Below, in pieces: positions 43,819 to 53,940 of a stretch of DNA of 64,000 nucleotides; position 1 is the first letter of the stretch, and each line of letters starts with the position of its first letter. The DNA is from an uncultured Chloroflexia bacterium (lineage in GTDB: Bacteria > Chloroflexota > Limnocylindria > Limnocylindrales > CSP1-4). The stretch covers positions 128,001 to 192,000 of the forward strand of contig CAVYIM010000007.1 in NCBI GenBank assembly GCA_963768655.1. Direction: 5' to 3'. The position numbers and the translations under genes are program-made. The notes under the pieces are model-generated. The model searched no databases. It was not told the DNA's origin and saw only the letters and a list, made by a program, of their open reading frames with translations.

Positions 43819-45665
43819 CGACGAACAGACAGCCGCGCCAGCTGAGGCGCCAGGTGGGGGAGGGGGCTGTGCCCGGCGCTGAGGGCGCCGCGGCCGATCT
43901 TCCGATCTCGGAGCGACTGCGAGCCGCCCGCGAGGCGAGGGGCGTGGATCTGTTCCGTGTCGAGCGCGACACCAAGATCCGCATCAAGTACCTGGCCGCC
44001 ATGGAGCAGGGCGAGTTCTCGGAGCTGCCGGCGGACGTCTATGCGCGCGGGTTCCTGCGCAACTACGCCAGCTATCTTGGGCTGGATCCTGACGAGGCCG
44101 AGAGCGAGTGGCGTCGGGGCAACTTCCGAGTCCCTCCAAAGATGCCCGCGGCCAAGCCGCCAGCCGCGATGCCTGCGGCCAAGCCACCCGCGGTCAAGCC
44201 ACCCGCGGTCAAGACGCCCGCGGTCAAGACGCCCGCGGTCAAGACGGCGACAGAGCCGCTCGGCGCGGCCGCGGCCGGCGCCTCGGTCGTTCCGGCGCAG
44301 GGTGGAGCGCCCGCCGGAGTCAGGCGGGCCTGGTTCAAGCTGCCCGGGGTGAAGTGGCCGCCGTCCAGGACGGCCGATGCGCTGCCTGCCGCTCCGGACC
44401 CGGCTCCAGGGGTGTCCAGGTCGGTTCAGTCCGACCCGTCCATGCTCGAGTCGCCTCGCTGGCAGCGGCGATCTATCTCGGGGAGGATTGCGGCACTGCG
44501 CAAGCGCGATGCGAAGACGGCAGGGGAGCCGATCCTCGGTGGGCCGCAACCGATCGCGATGCCGGGACGATCCCTGGTGCTTCAGCCGATCCACGTCGTG
44601 CTGTTGCTGCTCGCCGTCGTGATCGTTGCCGTCTTGCTCTTCTTCGGCAATCAGGCCCAGCGGGTCGTGCAGAACCCGACACTGACGGTCATCGCGCCCG
44701 TTGGCGGACTGCAGAACGTTCCTATCGGGTCGACGGCCTACACACTCCAAGGCAAGGCCACGCCCAAGGCCGAGATCAACATCTCCTGGGATCTCGGCGA
44801 CCCGATGCACACCCAGGCGGACGCGTCGGGCAATTGGAGTTTCGTCGTCGCATTGCACAGCGGGAACAACCAGTTCGACGTCTGGTCGACCGACATGGAG
44901 ACCACGCACAATTCGGCGACCGTGACGCGGGTCATCAACGTCCCGACGCCGACTGCGTCGCCGGTCGCATCTTTCCTGCAGGTCGACACGCCGACGGATG
45001 GCCAGGGATTCGTAAACGGCAACATCACCGTCAGCGGGACCACCGTCGCCATCACGGCCGTAACGGTGACGGCCACGTACGTGGGCCCGGCGCCATCTTC
45101 GTTGCCGACGCCGAAGCCGGTGAAGTCGCCGGGGCCCATCCCGACGGAGCAGCCCACGATCATGCCGGTGCCAACCGAAACTCCGCTGTTGGCGCCGACG
45201 ACGCCGCCCAAGCCGGCTCCGACCTCATCGATCAACCCGGCGCCCGTGCAGGTGATGCCGAAGATCGATGGCAGTTTCACGGCCCAGCTGCAGCTGGCGT
45301 CCGGTCGATGGCAGCTGTCGGTCGTCGGCACGACCATCGACGGGATAACCACTGCGCCGGTCGTACGCAACGTGATCGTGACAGCCGGCTCCCTCGTCGT
45401 GCTGTTGCAGATCCGGAGCGGTGACACCGTCATCAAGATCTGGCAGGACGGCAAGGTCATGGGTTCGTACAACAACATCGTGGTAACGAACGGGAAGGAC
45501 ATCAAGATCGTGGCCAACCAGTCCGTGTGGTTCTACGCGAATTGGCCGAATCACGTTCTGGTGACCGTGAACGGGGTCCCGTTTGGCCGGCTGACTACCG
45601 GCCACACTGCCACGAGCTGGCGCATCACCGCCTTCGGGGCGCCGATGCCTTCCAACGACAGGTGA
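43815..45665 (+). CDS. RodZ-like protein: HTH, low-complexity linker, TM, extended beta-rich extracellular region
   Basis: LRAAREARG...TKIR..YL.A.E.G.F..LP..VY.RGFLRNYA.YLGLD (RodZ-type HTH) and a single TM, directly downstream of ftsK. Confidence 0.8.
44139..44246 (+). repeat. 15-nt tandem repeats encoding (K/M)(P/T)PA(A/V) units
   Basis: aagccacccgcggtc x2, aagacgcccgcggtc x2 and degenerate flanking copies. Confidence 0.8.
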
Positions 45666-45672
45666 TTGGATC

Positions 45673-46281
45673 GTGGGGGAATATCCGCTGGCTGTCCTGG
45701 TCGAGCGATTGCAGGAGTTGTGTCTGCGGCTGGGCTTGACGGTGGCGACTGCGGAGTCCTGTACCGGTGGCCTCGTCGCCAGCGCCATTACGGATCTGAG
45801 CGGCTCGAGTGCGTATTTCCGGGGCGGTGTGGTCGCGTACTCCAACGAGGCCAAGATCGGGCTCCTGGGAGTCCCCCAGGAGGTGCTGGAGACTCATGGC
45901 GCAGTCAGTGCCCAGGCCGCGAAGGCGATGGCCGTGGGAGCGCGCGCAAGTCTGTCGGCTGATCTTGCGGTCGCCGTGACCGGTGTTGCCGGGCCCGGCG
46001 GCGGCAGCGCGTCCAAGCCTGTCGGCCTGACGTACGTCGCCGTCGCCGACGCTGCCGGCGTGGAGGTCAGGCGCCTCGCATGGGCCGGGGACCGCCTCGG
46101 CAACAAGGAGTCGAGCGCCCGAACCGCTCTGGAGATGTTGCTCCTGCGGGCGAGCGCGGGCGCGGCATCCGCCGGCTCTGGCACTGCCGAGGGCGGAGCC
46201 GAGCACTGGGCGCCCGAGCGCGAGGCACCTGAGGGCGCCGCACCCGCGAGCGGAGAGGCCGAGGCCGGGGCGGCCGGGTGA
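45673..46281 (+). CDS. pncC: CinA C-terminal domain / NMN deamidase (PncC)
   Basis: AESCTGG, GSSAYF.GG...YSN..K, GAVS, TGVAGP.G...KPVG. Confidence 0.88.
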   Translation: MGEYPLAVLVERLQELCLRLGLTVATAESCTGGLVASAITDLSGSSAYFRGGVVAYSNEAKIGLLGVPQEVLETHGAVSAQAAKAMAVGARASLSADLAVAVTGVAGPGGGSASKPVGLTYVAVADAAGVEVRRLAWAGDRLGNKESSARTALEMLLLRASAGAASAGSGTAEGGAEHWAPEREAPEGAAPASGEAEAGAAG

Positions 46282-47852
46282 GCGGCGTCAGGGGCGCGGC
46301 TTCGGTCGGTTTCGGGCTCGCTGCTGCGCGCCCGGCTCGCGCCATCCGGATCGGTGAACGGATCCATGTCGTCGGTGCGGCTGGTGCCGGAGCGAGCGCC
46401 GCGGTCATCCTGGCGGACGACCAGAAGGCTGCCGTGAGCGGCTGTGACGCCTCCGGGCACTCGCCGTATACGCCGCCGATCGAGGCCCGAGGCATTTGGC
46501 TGGCGGGCAGCCACGATCCAAGCCACGTGACGAATTGGCCCGCGCCGGAGCGGCTGGCGGTCACCAAGGCGCTGACGGCGATCGATCCCCACAACGCCGA
46601 GCTGGAGGCGGCCCGAGCGGCCGGCATCCCGATCGAGCCCTGGCAGCAGGTCGTCGCCGACGCGGCCGTGGGGCGTCGTCTCGTCGGCGTGGCCGGGACT
46701 CATGGGAAGAGCACGACCTCGGGCTGGCTCGTGCACGTGCTGGTTCAGGCGGGGCTCGATCCATCGGCGTTCGTCGGGGCTTTGCTTCCGGCGTCGATCA
46801 CTGGCGGTTTGCCCTCGACTGCCCGATCCGGAACAGGGAAGCCGTTCGTTGTCGAGGCGGACGAATACGCCGGCAACTTCGATCCATACCGGCCCGGCGT
46901 GGCCGTCCTGACGTCCGCCGAGTGGGATCACCCCGACGTGTTCGCAGACAGCGCTGCCGTCGTCGATGGCTTCGTCGACTGGCTGGCGAGCGCCGCCGGC
47001 TCTGTCGTCGATCCTGTGCTCGTCGCCAACGTTGGCGACGAGGGTGTGGTGGCGGTCGTCGAGAGGCTGCAACGTGACGGCTGGCGCGGGCGGCTGCTCT
47101 GCGTGGGCATTGAGGGGCCGGCGCACAACGAACTCCGGCCTGGCGCCCGTTCCGGTGTCAGAGGAGGGTATTCGCCGCCGGGCGGAGCCGTGGAAATGCT
47201 TCTCGGCCGGGTCACGCAGGTGGCCCCGGATGGGACGACGCTGGAGGTGGAAGGGTCGGCGCTATCTGCGCCGCTGACCGCCAGACTGCGCCTGGCGGGG
47301 CGGCACAACGCCGCCAATGCCCTTGGAGTCGTCGGCGCCGCGCTGGCTCTCGACGTAGCGCCGGATGCCATCGCTGCCGGCCTCGCGAGCTTCGATGGCG
47401 TCGGGCGACGCCTGGAGCGGAAAGGGGAGGGGAGGGGCGTCGTCGTCTATGACGACTACGGCCACCACCCGACCGCGATCCGGGAGACTCTCGCGGCCAT
47501 CCGCCAGAGAGAGCCCGGAAGGCGCATCTGGGCGGTCTACGAGCCACTCACCTACCATCGGACCGCGGCCATGCTCGAGCAATTCGCGGAAGTGCTAGCC
47601 GCCGCGGATGGCGTCGCCATTGCGGACATATGGGCGGGCCGGGACCCGGATACCACCGTCACCTCGGCGGCAGCGCTGGCCGATGCGGTCGCCCGGCGCA
47701 ACCCGCGGATTCCGGCTGCGGCCCCGGGTTCTGTCGAGGCGACGGCCGGCTGGCTGGCCGGCCAGGTTCGATCAGGCGACGCGGTCCTGGTCATGGGCGG
47801 CGGGCGGAGCTATCGCATTGCCGAGCTGCTGGTGGAGGCGCTGGGGCACTGA
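46278..47852 (+). CDS. murC: MurC/Mpl-family Mur ligase (divergent)
   Basis: GTHGKSTT, VEADEY, EWDHPD, G.HN..NA, F.GV.RR.E, DDYGHHPT, MGGG. Confidence 0.78.
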   Translation: MSGVRGAASVGFGLAAARPARAIRIGERIHVVGAAGAGASAAVILADDQKAAVSGCDASGHSPYTPPIEARGIWLAGSHDPSHVTNWPAPERLAVTKALTAIDPHNAELEAARAAGIPIEPWQQVVADAAVGRRLVGVAGTHGKSTTSGWLVHVLVQAGLDPSAFVGALLPASITGGLPSTARSGTGKPFVVEADEYAGNFDPYRPGVAVLTSAEWDHPDVFADSAAVVDGFVDWLASAAGSVVDPVLVANVGDEGVVAVVERLQRDGWRGRLLCVGIEGPAHNELRPGARSGVRGGYSPPGGAVEMLLGRVTQVAPDGTTLEVEGSALSAPLTARLRLAGRHNAANALGVVGAALALDVAPDAIAAGLASFDGVGRRLERKGEGRGVVVYDDYGHHPTAIRETLAAIRQREPGRRIWAVYEPLTYHRTAAMLEQFAEVLAAADGVAIADIWAGRDPDTTVTSAAALADAVARRNPRIPAAAPGSVEATAGWLAGQVRSGDAVLVMGGGRSYRIAELLVEALGH

Positions 47853-47999
47853 CCGGTCGACGCTCCACTCGTGACTCCGTCGCCGCGTGCCGCCCTGAGT
47901 GCGACCCACGCGGCCGGGGGTCCCCAAAGTCGTTCGTTCTGCTGCACAATCTGCGTGCCCCGGCGGCGTTAGCCCCAGAGGAACAAGTCAGGAGGCCAG

Positions 48000-48491
48000 A
48001 TGGCCGGCGAGTCATCGTTCGACGTGGTCAGCGACTTCGACGACCAGGAGATGCGCAACGCGCTGGACCAGGTGAGGCGCGAGGTTCAGCAGCGCCACGA
48101 CTTCAAGGGGGCAACATTCGAGCTGACTCAGGCCAAGACCGAGCTCGTGCTGCTTACCGATGACGAGTTCCGCGCGAAGGCGATCAAGGAGCTGATCGAA
48201 AGCAAGGCTGTTCGGCGAAACCTGTCGCTCAAGATCTTCGACTGGGGCAAGATCGAGCCCGCCGGAGGTGACAAGGTCCGCCAGCACATCACGCTGCGCC
48301 GGGGTCTGGACGAGGATCTGGCGCGGAAGTTGAGCAAGCTCGTTCGAGAGGAATTCCCGAAGGTGAAACCGCAGATCCAGGGCGACGCCTTGCGGGTCTT
48401 CGGAAAGAACAAGGACGACCTCCAGCGGGTCATCGCCCGGCTGAGGGAGCTCGATGAACCGGTGGCACTGCAATTCACGAACTACCGATGA
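48000..48491 (+). CDS. yajQ: YajQ family nucleotide/c-di-GMP-binding protein
   Basis: SFDVVS, NA.DQ..RE...R.DFKG, QIQGD..RV.GK.KDDLQ, LQFTNYR. Confidence 0.95.
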   Translation: MAGESSFDVVSDFDDQEMRNALDQVRREVQQRHDFKGATFELTQAKTELVLLTDDEFRAKAIKELIESKAVRRNLSLKIFDWGKIEPAGGDKVRQHITLRRGLDEDLARKLSKLVREEFPKVKPQIQGDALRVFGKNKDDLQRVIARLRELDEPVALQFTNYR

Positions 48492-48577
48492 GACCCACCC
48501 GGGAAGTGCTGAGGCATCGATCGAAGGCGATCGGTGCATACGGGCCGAATCCGGCGCGGTGATCTGAAGGAGAGGCA

Positions 48578-50497
48578 ATGTCGATGAGTGAAGGCCAGAG
48601 CGCCACCGTCACGGTCGGCGAGGCTATGGCCGAAGCGTTGGCTCGGGCCGGCGTGAAGATCGCCTTCACTGTCCCCGGCGAGAGTGTTCTTGGACTACTC
48701 GACCGCCTGGCTGCACACAAGATTCGGGTTGTCACGGCGCGTCACGAGGGAGCGGCGTCATTCATGGCCGAAGCAGTCGCCCAGCTGACCGGACGGCCGA
48801 CGCTCGTCCTCGCCGGGCGGGCGCCCGGAGCGGCCAACCTCATGATCGGTCTGCAGGCCGCCCAATCCGATTCGGCGCCCGTGATCGCGATCGTCGGCCA
48901 GGTGAGGCGACAGGTTCGGGGACGCGAGGCCTTCCAGGAGATGGACCTGGTCCGGACCTTCGAGCCCATCGTCAAGTGGGCGGGCGAGGCGAAGGACGCC
49001 GGCGATGTGGCCGTGATGGTTGAGAAAGCCGTCACGACCGCGACGAAGGGCCGGCCCGGGCCTGTGCTCCTATCTGTGCCGGAAGACGTGCTCGACCTGC
49101 CCGCGGAGGGCGGACAGGTAGTCGGTCTTCATCTGGAGCACCCCGCCGATCCGGATCAGGTCCTCGTCCGGAAGATCCTCCATGTCCTCCTCGGGGCGCA
49201 GCGGCCGCTCATCGTCGCCGGCGCCGGAGTTCTGAGGAGCCGCGGCACGGACGCCCTGGTCCGTTTCGCCGAAACAGTTCAGGTCCCAGTCGTGGCCTCG
49301 TGGCGTCGAGGTGACGTCTTCCCCAACGACAACGCCCTCTATCTGGGCATGACCGGTCTCGGGTCTCCGGCGAGTGTCAGGACGAGGATGGAGCAAGCGG
49401 ACGCGCTGCTCGTGCTGGGCTGCCGGATGGGTGAGATGACGACATACGGGTACGCGATTCCCGTCGGCGGGACACGCTGGGCGCAGGTCGATGTGGATCC
49501 GCGAGGGGCGGCGCTGGCCAATCGCCCGGAGATCGTGCTGGCTGCCGACGCGTCGGCGTTCCTGCGGATGACCCAGCGGGTGCTCGGGAATGCGGCACTC
49601 GACGCTGCGACTCTTGATGCTCGGCGCCTCCGGAACGTAGCCGACCGGGAGGCCTTCGAGATGGCATCGACGGTCGACGCGGAGCCGTGGGACGGGCCGG
49701 GTGTGCACCCAGGCCGGGTCGTTGCGACCCTCGGGCGCGTCCTGCCGGCCGACTCGATCGTTGCCACCGATGCCGGCGATTTCGGGACCTGGGCCGCCCG
49801 CGGATACAGGTTCCGCCGGCCCGGAACCTTCCTCGGCTCGACCTCGGGAGCGATGGGGTTCGGGCTGCCGGCAGCGATAGGGGCGACGCTGGCCCGGCCC
49901 GGCAGGCTCGGTGTGGCCCTCGCCGGTGACGGCGGTTTCGCGATGACGATGGCGGAACTGGAGACGGCGGTACGAGAGCGGGCGCGCGTCATCGCGATCG
50001 TCTTCGACAACGCCCGCTACGGGACGATCTGGCGGCACCAGGCGCTCCGTGGCGGTCCGAGTGGCCCCGTGGCCAGGCTCGGCGCCGTGGACTTCGCTGC
50101 GATCGCCGAGGCGTGCGGGGCGCTTGGGCTGTCGGTCAATTCCGATGACGAGTTCGAGCCGGCGCTGCGGCAGGCTCTGGAAGCCGGACGGCCGGCGCTT
50201 CTGCACCTGGCCATGGATGCGCACTGGACCACGCCCGACGGTATCCCTTCATCCGACGAGGCTCCGGTGACGCTCGAGACGCGAATGGAGGCGGAAGACG
50301 AGGGAGGCGGCGCCCTCGAAAGCGCGGCTGAAGAGCTTGTCGAGGCCTATGTCGAAGTTGCCGTGGAGGCGGCGCTCGAAGCCACCCTCGAGGAGGAGCT
50401 CGAAGTCGAGCTCATCGAGGCGGCCGAAGGACTCGCCGACGAACTCGCCGCGGCCCGTCCGATGGACGCGCCGCAGGAGCTCCCTCCGGCAGAGTAG
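48578..50497 (+). CDS. Thiamine-diphosphate-dependent enzyme (acetolactate synthase large subunit-like) with acidic tail
   Basis: VPGES, RHEG.A.FMA, AFQE, GRPGPV, GAMGFGLPAA and the GDGGF...N ThDP motif. Confidence 0.88.
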   Translation: MSMSEGQSATVTVGEAMAEALARAGVKIAFTVPGESVLGLLDRLAAHKIRVVTARHEGAASFMAEAVAQLTGRPTLVLAGRAPGAANLMIGLQAAQSDSAPVIAIVGQVRRQVRGREAFQEMDLVRTFEPIVKWAGEAKDAGDVAVMVEKAVTTATKGRPGPVLLSVPEDVLDLPAEGGQVVGLHLEHPADPDQVLVRKILHVLLGAQRPLIVAGAGVLRSRGTDALVRFAETVQVPVVASWRRGDVFPNDNALYLGMTGLGSPASVRTRMEQADALLVLGCRMGEMTTYGYAIPVGGTRWAQVDVDPRGAALANRPEIVLAADASAFLRMTQRVLGNAALDAATLDARRLRNVADREAFEMASTVDAEPWDGPGVHPGRVVATLGRVLPADSIVATDAGDFGTWAARGYRFRRPGTFLGSTSGAMGFGLPAAIGATLARPGRLGVALAGDGGFAMTMAELETAVRERARVIAIVFDNARYGTIWRHQALRGGPSGPVARLGAVDFAAIAEACGALGLSVNSDDEFEPALRQALEAGRPALLHLAMDAHWTTPDGIPSSDEAPVTLETRMEAEDEGGGALESAAEELVEAYVEVAVEAALEATLEEELEVELIEAAEGLADELAAARPMDAPQELPPAE

Positions 50498-50521
50498 GGG
50501 ACCGCGGGGAGCCGGTCCGCT

Positions 50522-52006
50522 CTAGCGGACCGGCTGCGGCAGCCTGAGCTCGAGGACCAGCTGAGTGCGGCGCTCGTGGAGACGGCGCTCGAGGCCGACC
50601 GGGTAGACGTGCGGGTTGAGCAGGCGGCGGATGGCGGGATGCAGAGCGCCTATCTGGCTGCGGGCTCTGGCGCGGATCTCGTCGAGGGTCGGGGAGGCGG
50701 CAACGCGACGGCCGGCGCGCAGTGCTGGAAGGACGAGCTCGGAGGCGGCCCACGCGTCGTCGATGGAGCGCATGTGCAGGGCGTCCGCCGGGTCGACGAT
50801 CACGCCTCCCGGCCCGTCAGGTGGCATGGCCTCGTCGTAGATCATGTCGGCCCGGAGACGGCCGGTCGTATCGGTGAAGCGGCGGACTCCGAGGATGCCG
50901 GGAGTGGAGATCTTGGCGGTCTGCTCCGAGAGCTTGACCGGGAAGCGCCACGAACCGGCGTAGTCGCGGACGGCTGTCAGCTTGTAGACGGCGCCGAGAG
51001 CGGGCTGGTCGAAGGCCGTGTCCAGCTTCGTGCCCACGCCCCAGACGTCGATTCGGGCACCCTGCTCGCGCAGCGACTCGATGAGGTGCTCATCGAGATC
51101 GTTGGAGGCGACGATCTTCGTGTCCTGGAACCCGGCCGCGTCGAGCATGCGACGGGCCTCGATGGATAGATACGCCAGATCGCCCGAGTCGAGCCGGATG
51201 GCATCGAGGGTCCGGCCGCGAGCGCGCAACCTCTGGCCCGTTTGAATGGCCCGAGCGACCCCGGCGAGCGAATCGTACGTGTCGACCAGGAGCGTGATGT
51301 TGTCCGGCTGGGCGTCGGCGTAAGCGTCGAAGGCCGCCTGCTCGTCGCCGAAGACCTGGACCCAGGAATGGGCGTGAGTGCCGCGAACGGGGATTCCATG
51401 GAGCCGCCCCGCCAGCACGTTGGACGTGGCCGACACGCCGCCGATGTACGCGGCGCGGGCTGCGGAAACCGCGCCGTCGGGACCCTGGGCGCGCCGCAGC
51501 CCGAACTCCAGGATGTCTCCACCACCGGCTGCCTCCACTACACGGGCCGCCTTTGTGGCGATCAAGGTCTGGAATCCAATGATCGTGAGAAGCATGCTCT
51601 CGACCAGCTGGGCCTGTAGTAGCGGCCCGCTCACCCGCACCAGCGGCTCGTTGGCGAAGACGACCGTGCCTTCCGGAATGGCGTCAACGTCGCAGCTGAA
51701 ACGCAAGGAGCCGAGGAGCTCCAGAAACTCCCCTGAGAAGAGGGGCTGCCCGGTGACCCCGCGCATGTCCCGCAGGTGGTCGATGTCCTCGGGCGAGAAG
51801 CGCAGGTGCTCGAGGATCTCGAGGGCATCGTCGAGGCCGGCCGCAACGGCATATCCGCCGCCGAACGGCAAGCTGCGGAAGCTCAGCGTGAAGACCGCCT
51901 GCCGTTCGGCCAGACCCGTCGCGAGATACCCGGACCCCATCGTCAGCTCGTAGAGATCGGTCAGAGTGGCAAGGCTGGGTCTATACAGGTCTCGGATGGC
52001 GGACAT
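50522..52006 (-). CDS. pncB: Nicotinate phosphoribosyltransferase
   Basis: TDLYELTM, EFGLRRAQG, GTHAHSW, LVDTYD, RLDSGD, ASNDLDE, GVGT. ATG at 52006. Confidence 0.95.
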   Translation of the reverse strand: MSAIRDLYRPSLATLTDLYELTMGSGYLATGLAERQAVFTLSFRSLPFGGGYAVAAGLDDALEILEHLRFSPEDIDHLRDMRGVTGQPLFSGEFLELLGSLRFSCDVDAIPEGTVVFANEPLVRVSGPLLQAQLVESMLLTIIGFQTLIATKAARVVEAAGGGDILEFGLRRAQGPDGAVSAARAAYIGGVSATSNVLAGRLHGIPVRGTHAHSWVQVFGDEQAAFDAYADAQPDNITLLVDTYDSLAGVARAIQTGQRLRARGRTLDAIRLDSGDLAYLSIEARRMLDAAGFQDTKIVASNDLDEHLIESLREQGARIDVWGVGTKLDTAFDQPALGAVYKLTAVRDYAGSWRFPVKLSEQTAKISTPGILGVRRFTDTTGRLRADMIYDEAMPPDGPGGVIVDPADALHMRSIDDAWAASELVLPALRAGRRVAASPTLDEIRARARSQIGALHPAIRRLLNPHVYPVGLERRLHERRTQLVLELRLPQPVR

Positions 52007-52234
52007 CTTCGCTCGCTTGCAGGCTTGTGTGCTTTGCCCCAACGTTACCCGGTTTGGAGCCATCTCGAGCATGCAGGCCGGTCGGGCGGAACGCACCGAT
52101 GGCGTAGCCTCGGCGCGACCCGGGCCGAGTCGCGCGTAGAATCGTGGCGTCGGCCACCCGCGCTGGCTCGTCCGCGCGATCGGCAGCGGAGCGCTCGGGC
52201 GGTTGCGTGGACCACAGGATCTGGATGGGGACTC

Positions 52235-52615
52235 GTGAAGCCGTTCGATCCGTCAACCGATCCGTCTGGCGATCCGGACCAGACGCAGGACGGGCCTGCG
52301 ACCAACCCGGCCGGCGTCTGCCACGGCGCCGGGCTGATCGTCGTGCACGGCAATCCGGCCTTCAAGCGCATCTTCGGGGTGGGGTCCGTGGGCCTCCCGG
52401 CACGCGAGGGGATGCTCGGGCTGTCCCGCACCGGGTTCACTCTGATGGACGCCGTCATTCGAGAAGGGCGCCCGCTGGCTCGCTGGGTTCGCCTGGCGGG
52501 TGAGACGTGGCGCATGACCGCCGCCCCGCGGATCGACCCTGGCAGCGGCGAGGTCTACGGCGTGGCTTTCCACCTCCGGCCTCGCGATCCCGAGACGCCG
52601 CTGACCGCCGACTGA
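52235..52615 (+). CDS. Small stand-alone PAS-like domain protein
   Basis: N.AF..IFG...VG.P..E, then a helix and beta strands ending ...P..D..G.V.GV. Divergent from pncB. Confidence 0.5.
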   Translation: MKPFDPSTDPSGDPDQTQDGPATNPAGVCHGAGLIVVHGNPAFKRIFGVGSVGLPAREGMLGLSRTGFTLMDAVIREGRPLARWVRLAGETWRMTAAPRIDPGSGEVYGVAFHLRPRDPETPLTAD

Positions 52616-53008
52616 GCGGGCTGGCGCCGGGCGTGCGGGCGGACGCTGCTCTTCGTCGCTACTCTTCGTCATTGAGCCGGCCGGCATCGCTCACGTCCGA
52701 GGTCGAGATAGACTGGCGACAAAGAGGAAGAGTGCTGTCGCATCCAGCGGTGGTGGGCAGGTCGACCACCGGGGGCCTGGCTTCGATGGCGCCGTCGATG
52801 ATTCGAAGGAGACCAGCGGCATGTCCGAGGAAGCCGTAATCATTCGGAGGGCCCCATCCTTGTTCGCCTGTTCCTTCCTGGTCGGAGGGACCGGACGTGG
52901 AGAGCGCGTCCCGCTCTGCAACGAAGCCGCGGCGGATGGGCTTTCCGGTGTGACAGTCGGCTTCACCTGGTGCCGCAGATCCGGGACGGGCAAGCGAAGT
53001 TGCGCGCG

Positions 53009-53905
53009 ATGAACGTCAGAGACGCAGGCGGCAGGTGGATCGAGATTGCCGAGATCGGCGCTGCCGGTCTGCTGATCGTTTCCTTCCTGCTGCCCTGGTT
53101 TCAGGCTCGCAATTCCGACGCGGCGACGTCCTCGTGGCTGTACCTCCTCCTCAATTCCGGTTGGATGAGGGCCCTCGAGGCCGATCTCATCACGTTCGGA
53201 TCCCTCGTCGCGCTTCTGGCGGCTATCGGAGGCCTTGTGAAGCTGCGAGACCGATTAGCGTCTGTGGTCGCAGCGATCGCCGTCGGTGGGTTCGCGGCGT
53301 CGCTGGTCGGGGTGGCCTGGACTCTCACGGAGTCGGGGAACGCGGCGTTCGTCTGGGGCCCATGGGGCGACGACATCGACCGGGGCCCCGGTCTGCTGCT
53401 GTTCCTGGCAGCCGCCCTGGCTGGCACCGCACTTGCCGTTGCCAGAGTCGTCCTGCCCGCATCCGGAGCGGAAGACTCTCCTTCAGGCCCATCGCTAAGC
53501 GCCCCGATCACGGCCGGCGCGCGGCCGCCCTTGCTGCGGTATGGGAGCGTTCGGCCGACGACCGTGCCCGCAGGCGAACCCGTGGCAGGCGTGGCGGGCC
53601 GTATCACAGTGTTCGAATCAGGCCGGTCTTCGACGCTCAGTGTGGGCGAAGGCGAGCGTGTGATCGTCGGGCGAGATCTGGGTGCCGATATTCGCGTCTC
53701 GGATGCGAAAGTCAGTCGGCGGCACGCCATGATCGAGTGGAGCGCCGGCAGCTGGATCGTGCGCGATCTTGCGGCCAAGGACCCGACCCGTCTACTCGAT
53801 GCCTCGGGCGCAGGTCAGATTCTGGCCGGGCAGATTCGGATCCCCTCAGGGCAGCTCGTCATCGGCGAGGTGCTCATCACGCTCCACGCGACAGGGGAAC
53901 CATGA
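53009..53905 (+). CDS. Membrane protein with C-terminal FHA domain
   Basis: Four hydrophobic segments (SFLLPWF...), then VIVGR...D..VSRRHA...W.V.DL. Confidence 0.75.
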   Translation: MNVRDAGGRWIEIAEIGAAGLLIVSFLLPWFQARNSDAATSSWLYLLLNSGWMRALEADLITFGSLVALLAAIGGLVKLRDRLASVVAAIAVGGFAASLVGVAWTLTESGNAAFVWGPWGDDIDRGPGLLLFLAAALAGTALAVARVVLPASGAEDSPSGPSLSAPITAGARPPLLRYGSVRPTTVPAGEPVAGVAGRITVFESGRSSTLSVGEGERVIVGRDLGADIRVSDAKVSRRHAMIEWSAGSWIVRDLAAKDPTRLLDASGAGQILAGQIRIPSGQLVIGEVLITLHATGEP

Positions 53906-53940
53906 GCTCGCCCGAGGCGAGGTAGCCCTCTGCGCGCCGC

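Noticed and set aside
44139-44246. Tandem repeats as a CRISPR array
   Set aside because: These are contiguous in-frame 15-nt coding repeats with no spacers and no cas genes.
48492-48577. TPP riboswitch ahead of the ThDP-dependent enzyme
   Set aside because: It contains GCTGAG but lacks the downstream CCTGA...TAATGC..GCG.AGGGA core and is too short.
52616-53008. Small ORFs on either strand between the PAS-like and FHA genes
   Set aside because: No convincing start, SD or motif. The most protein-like minus-strand frame lacks a start codon.
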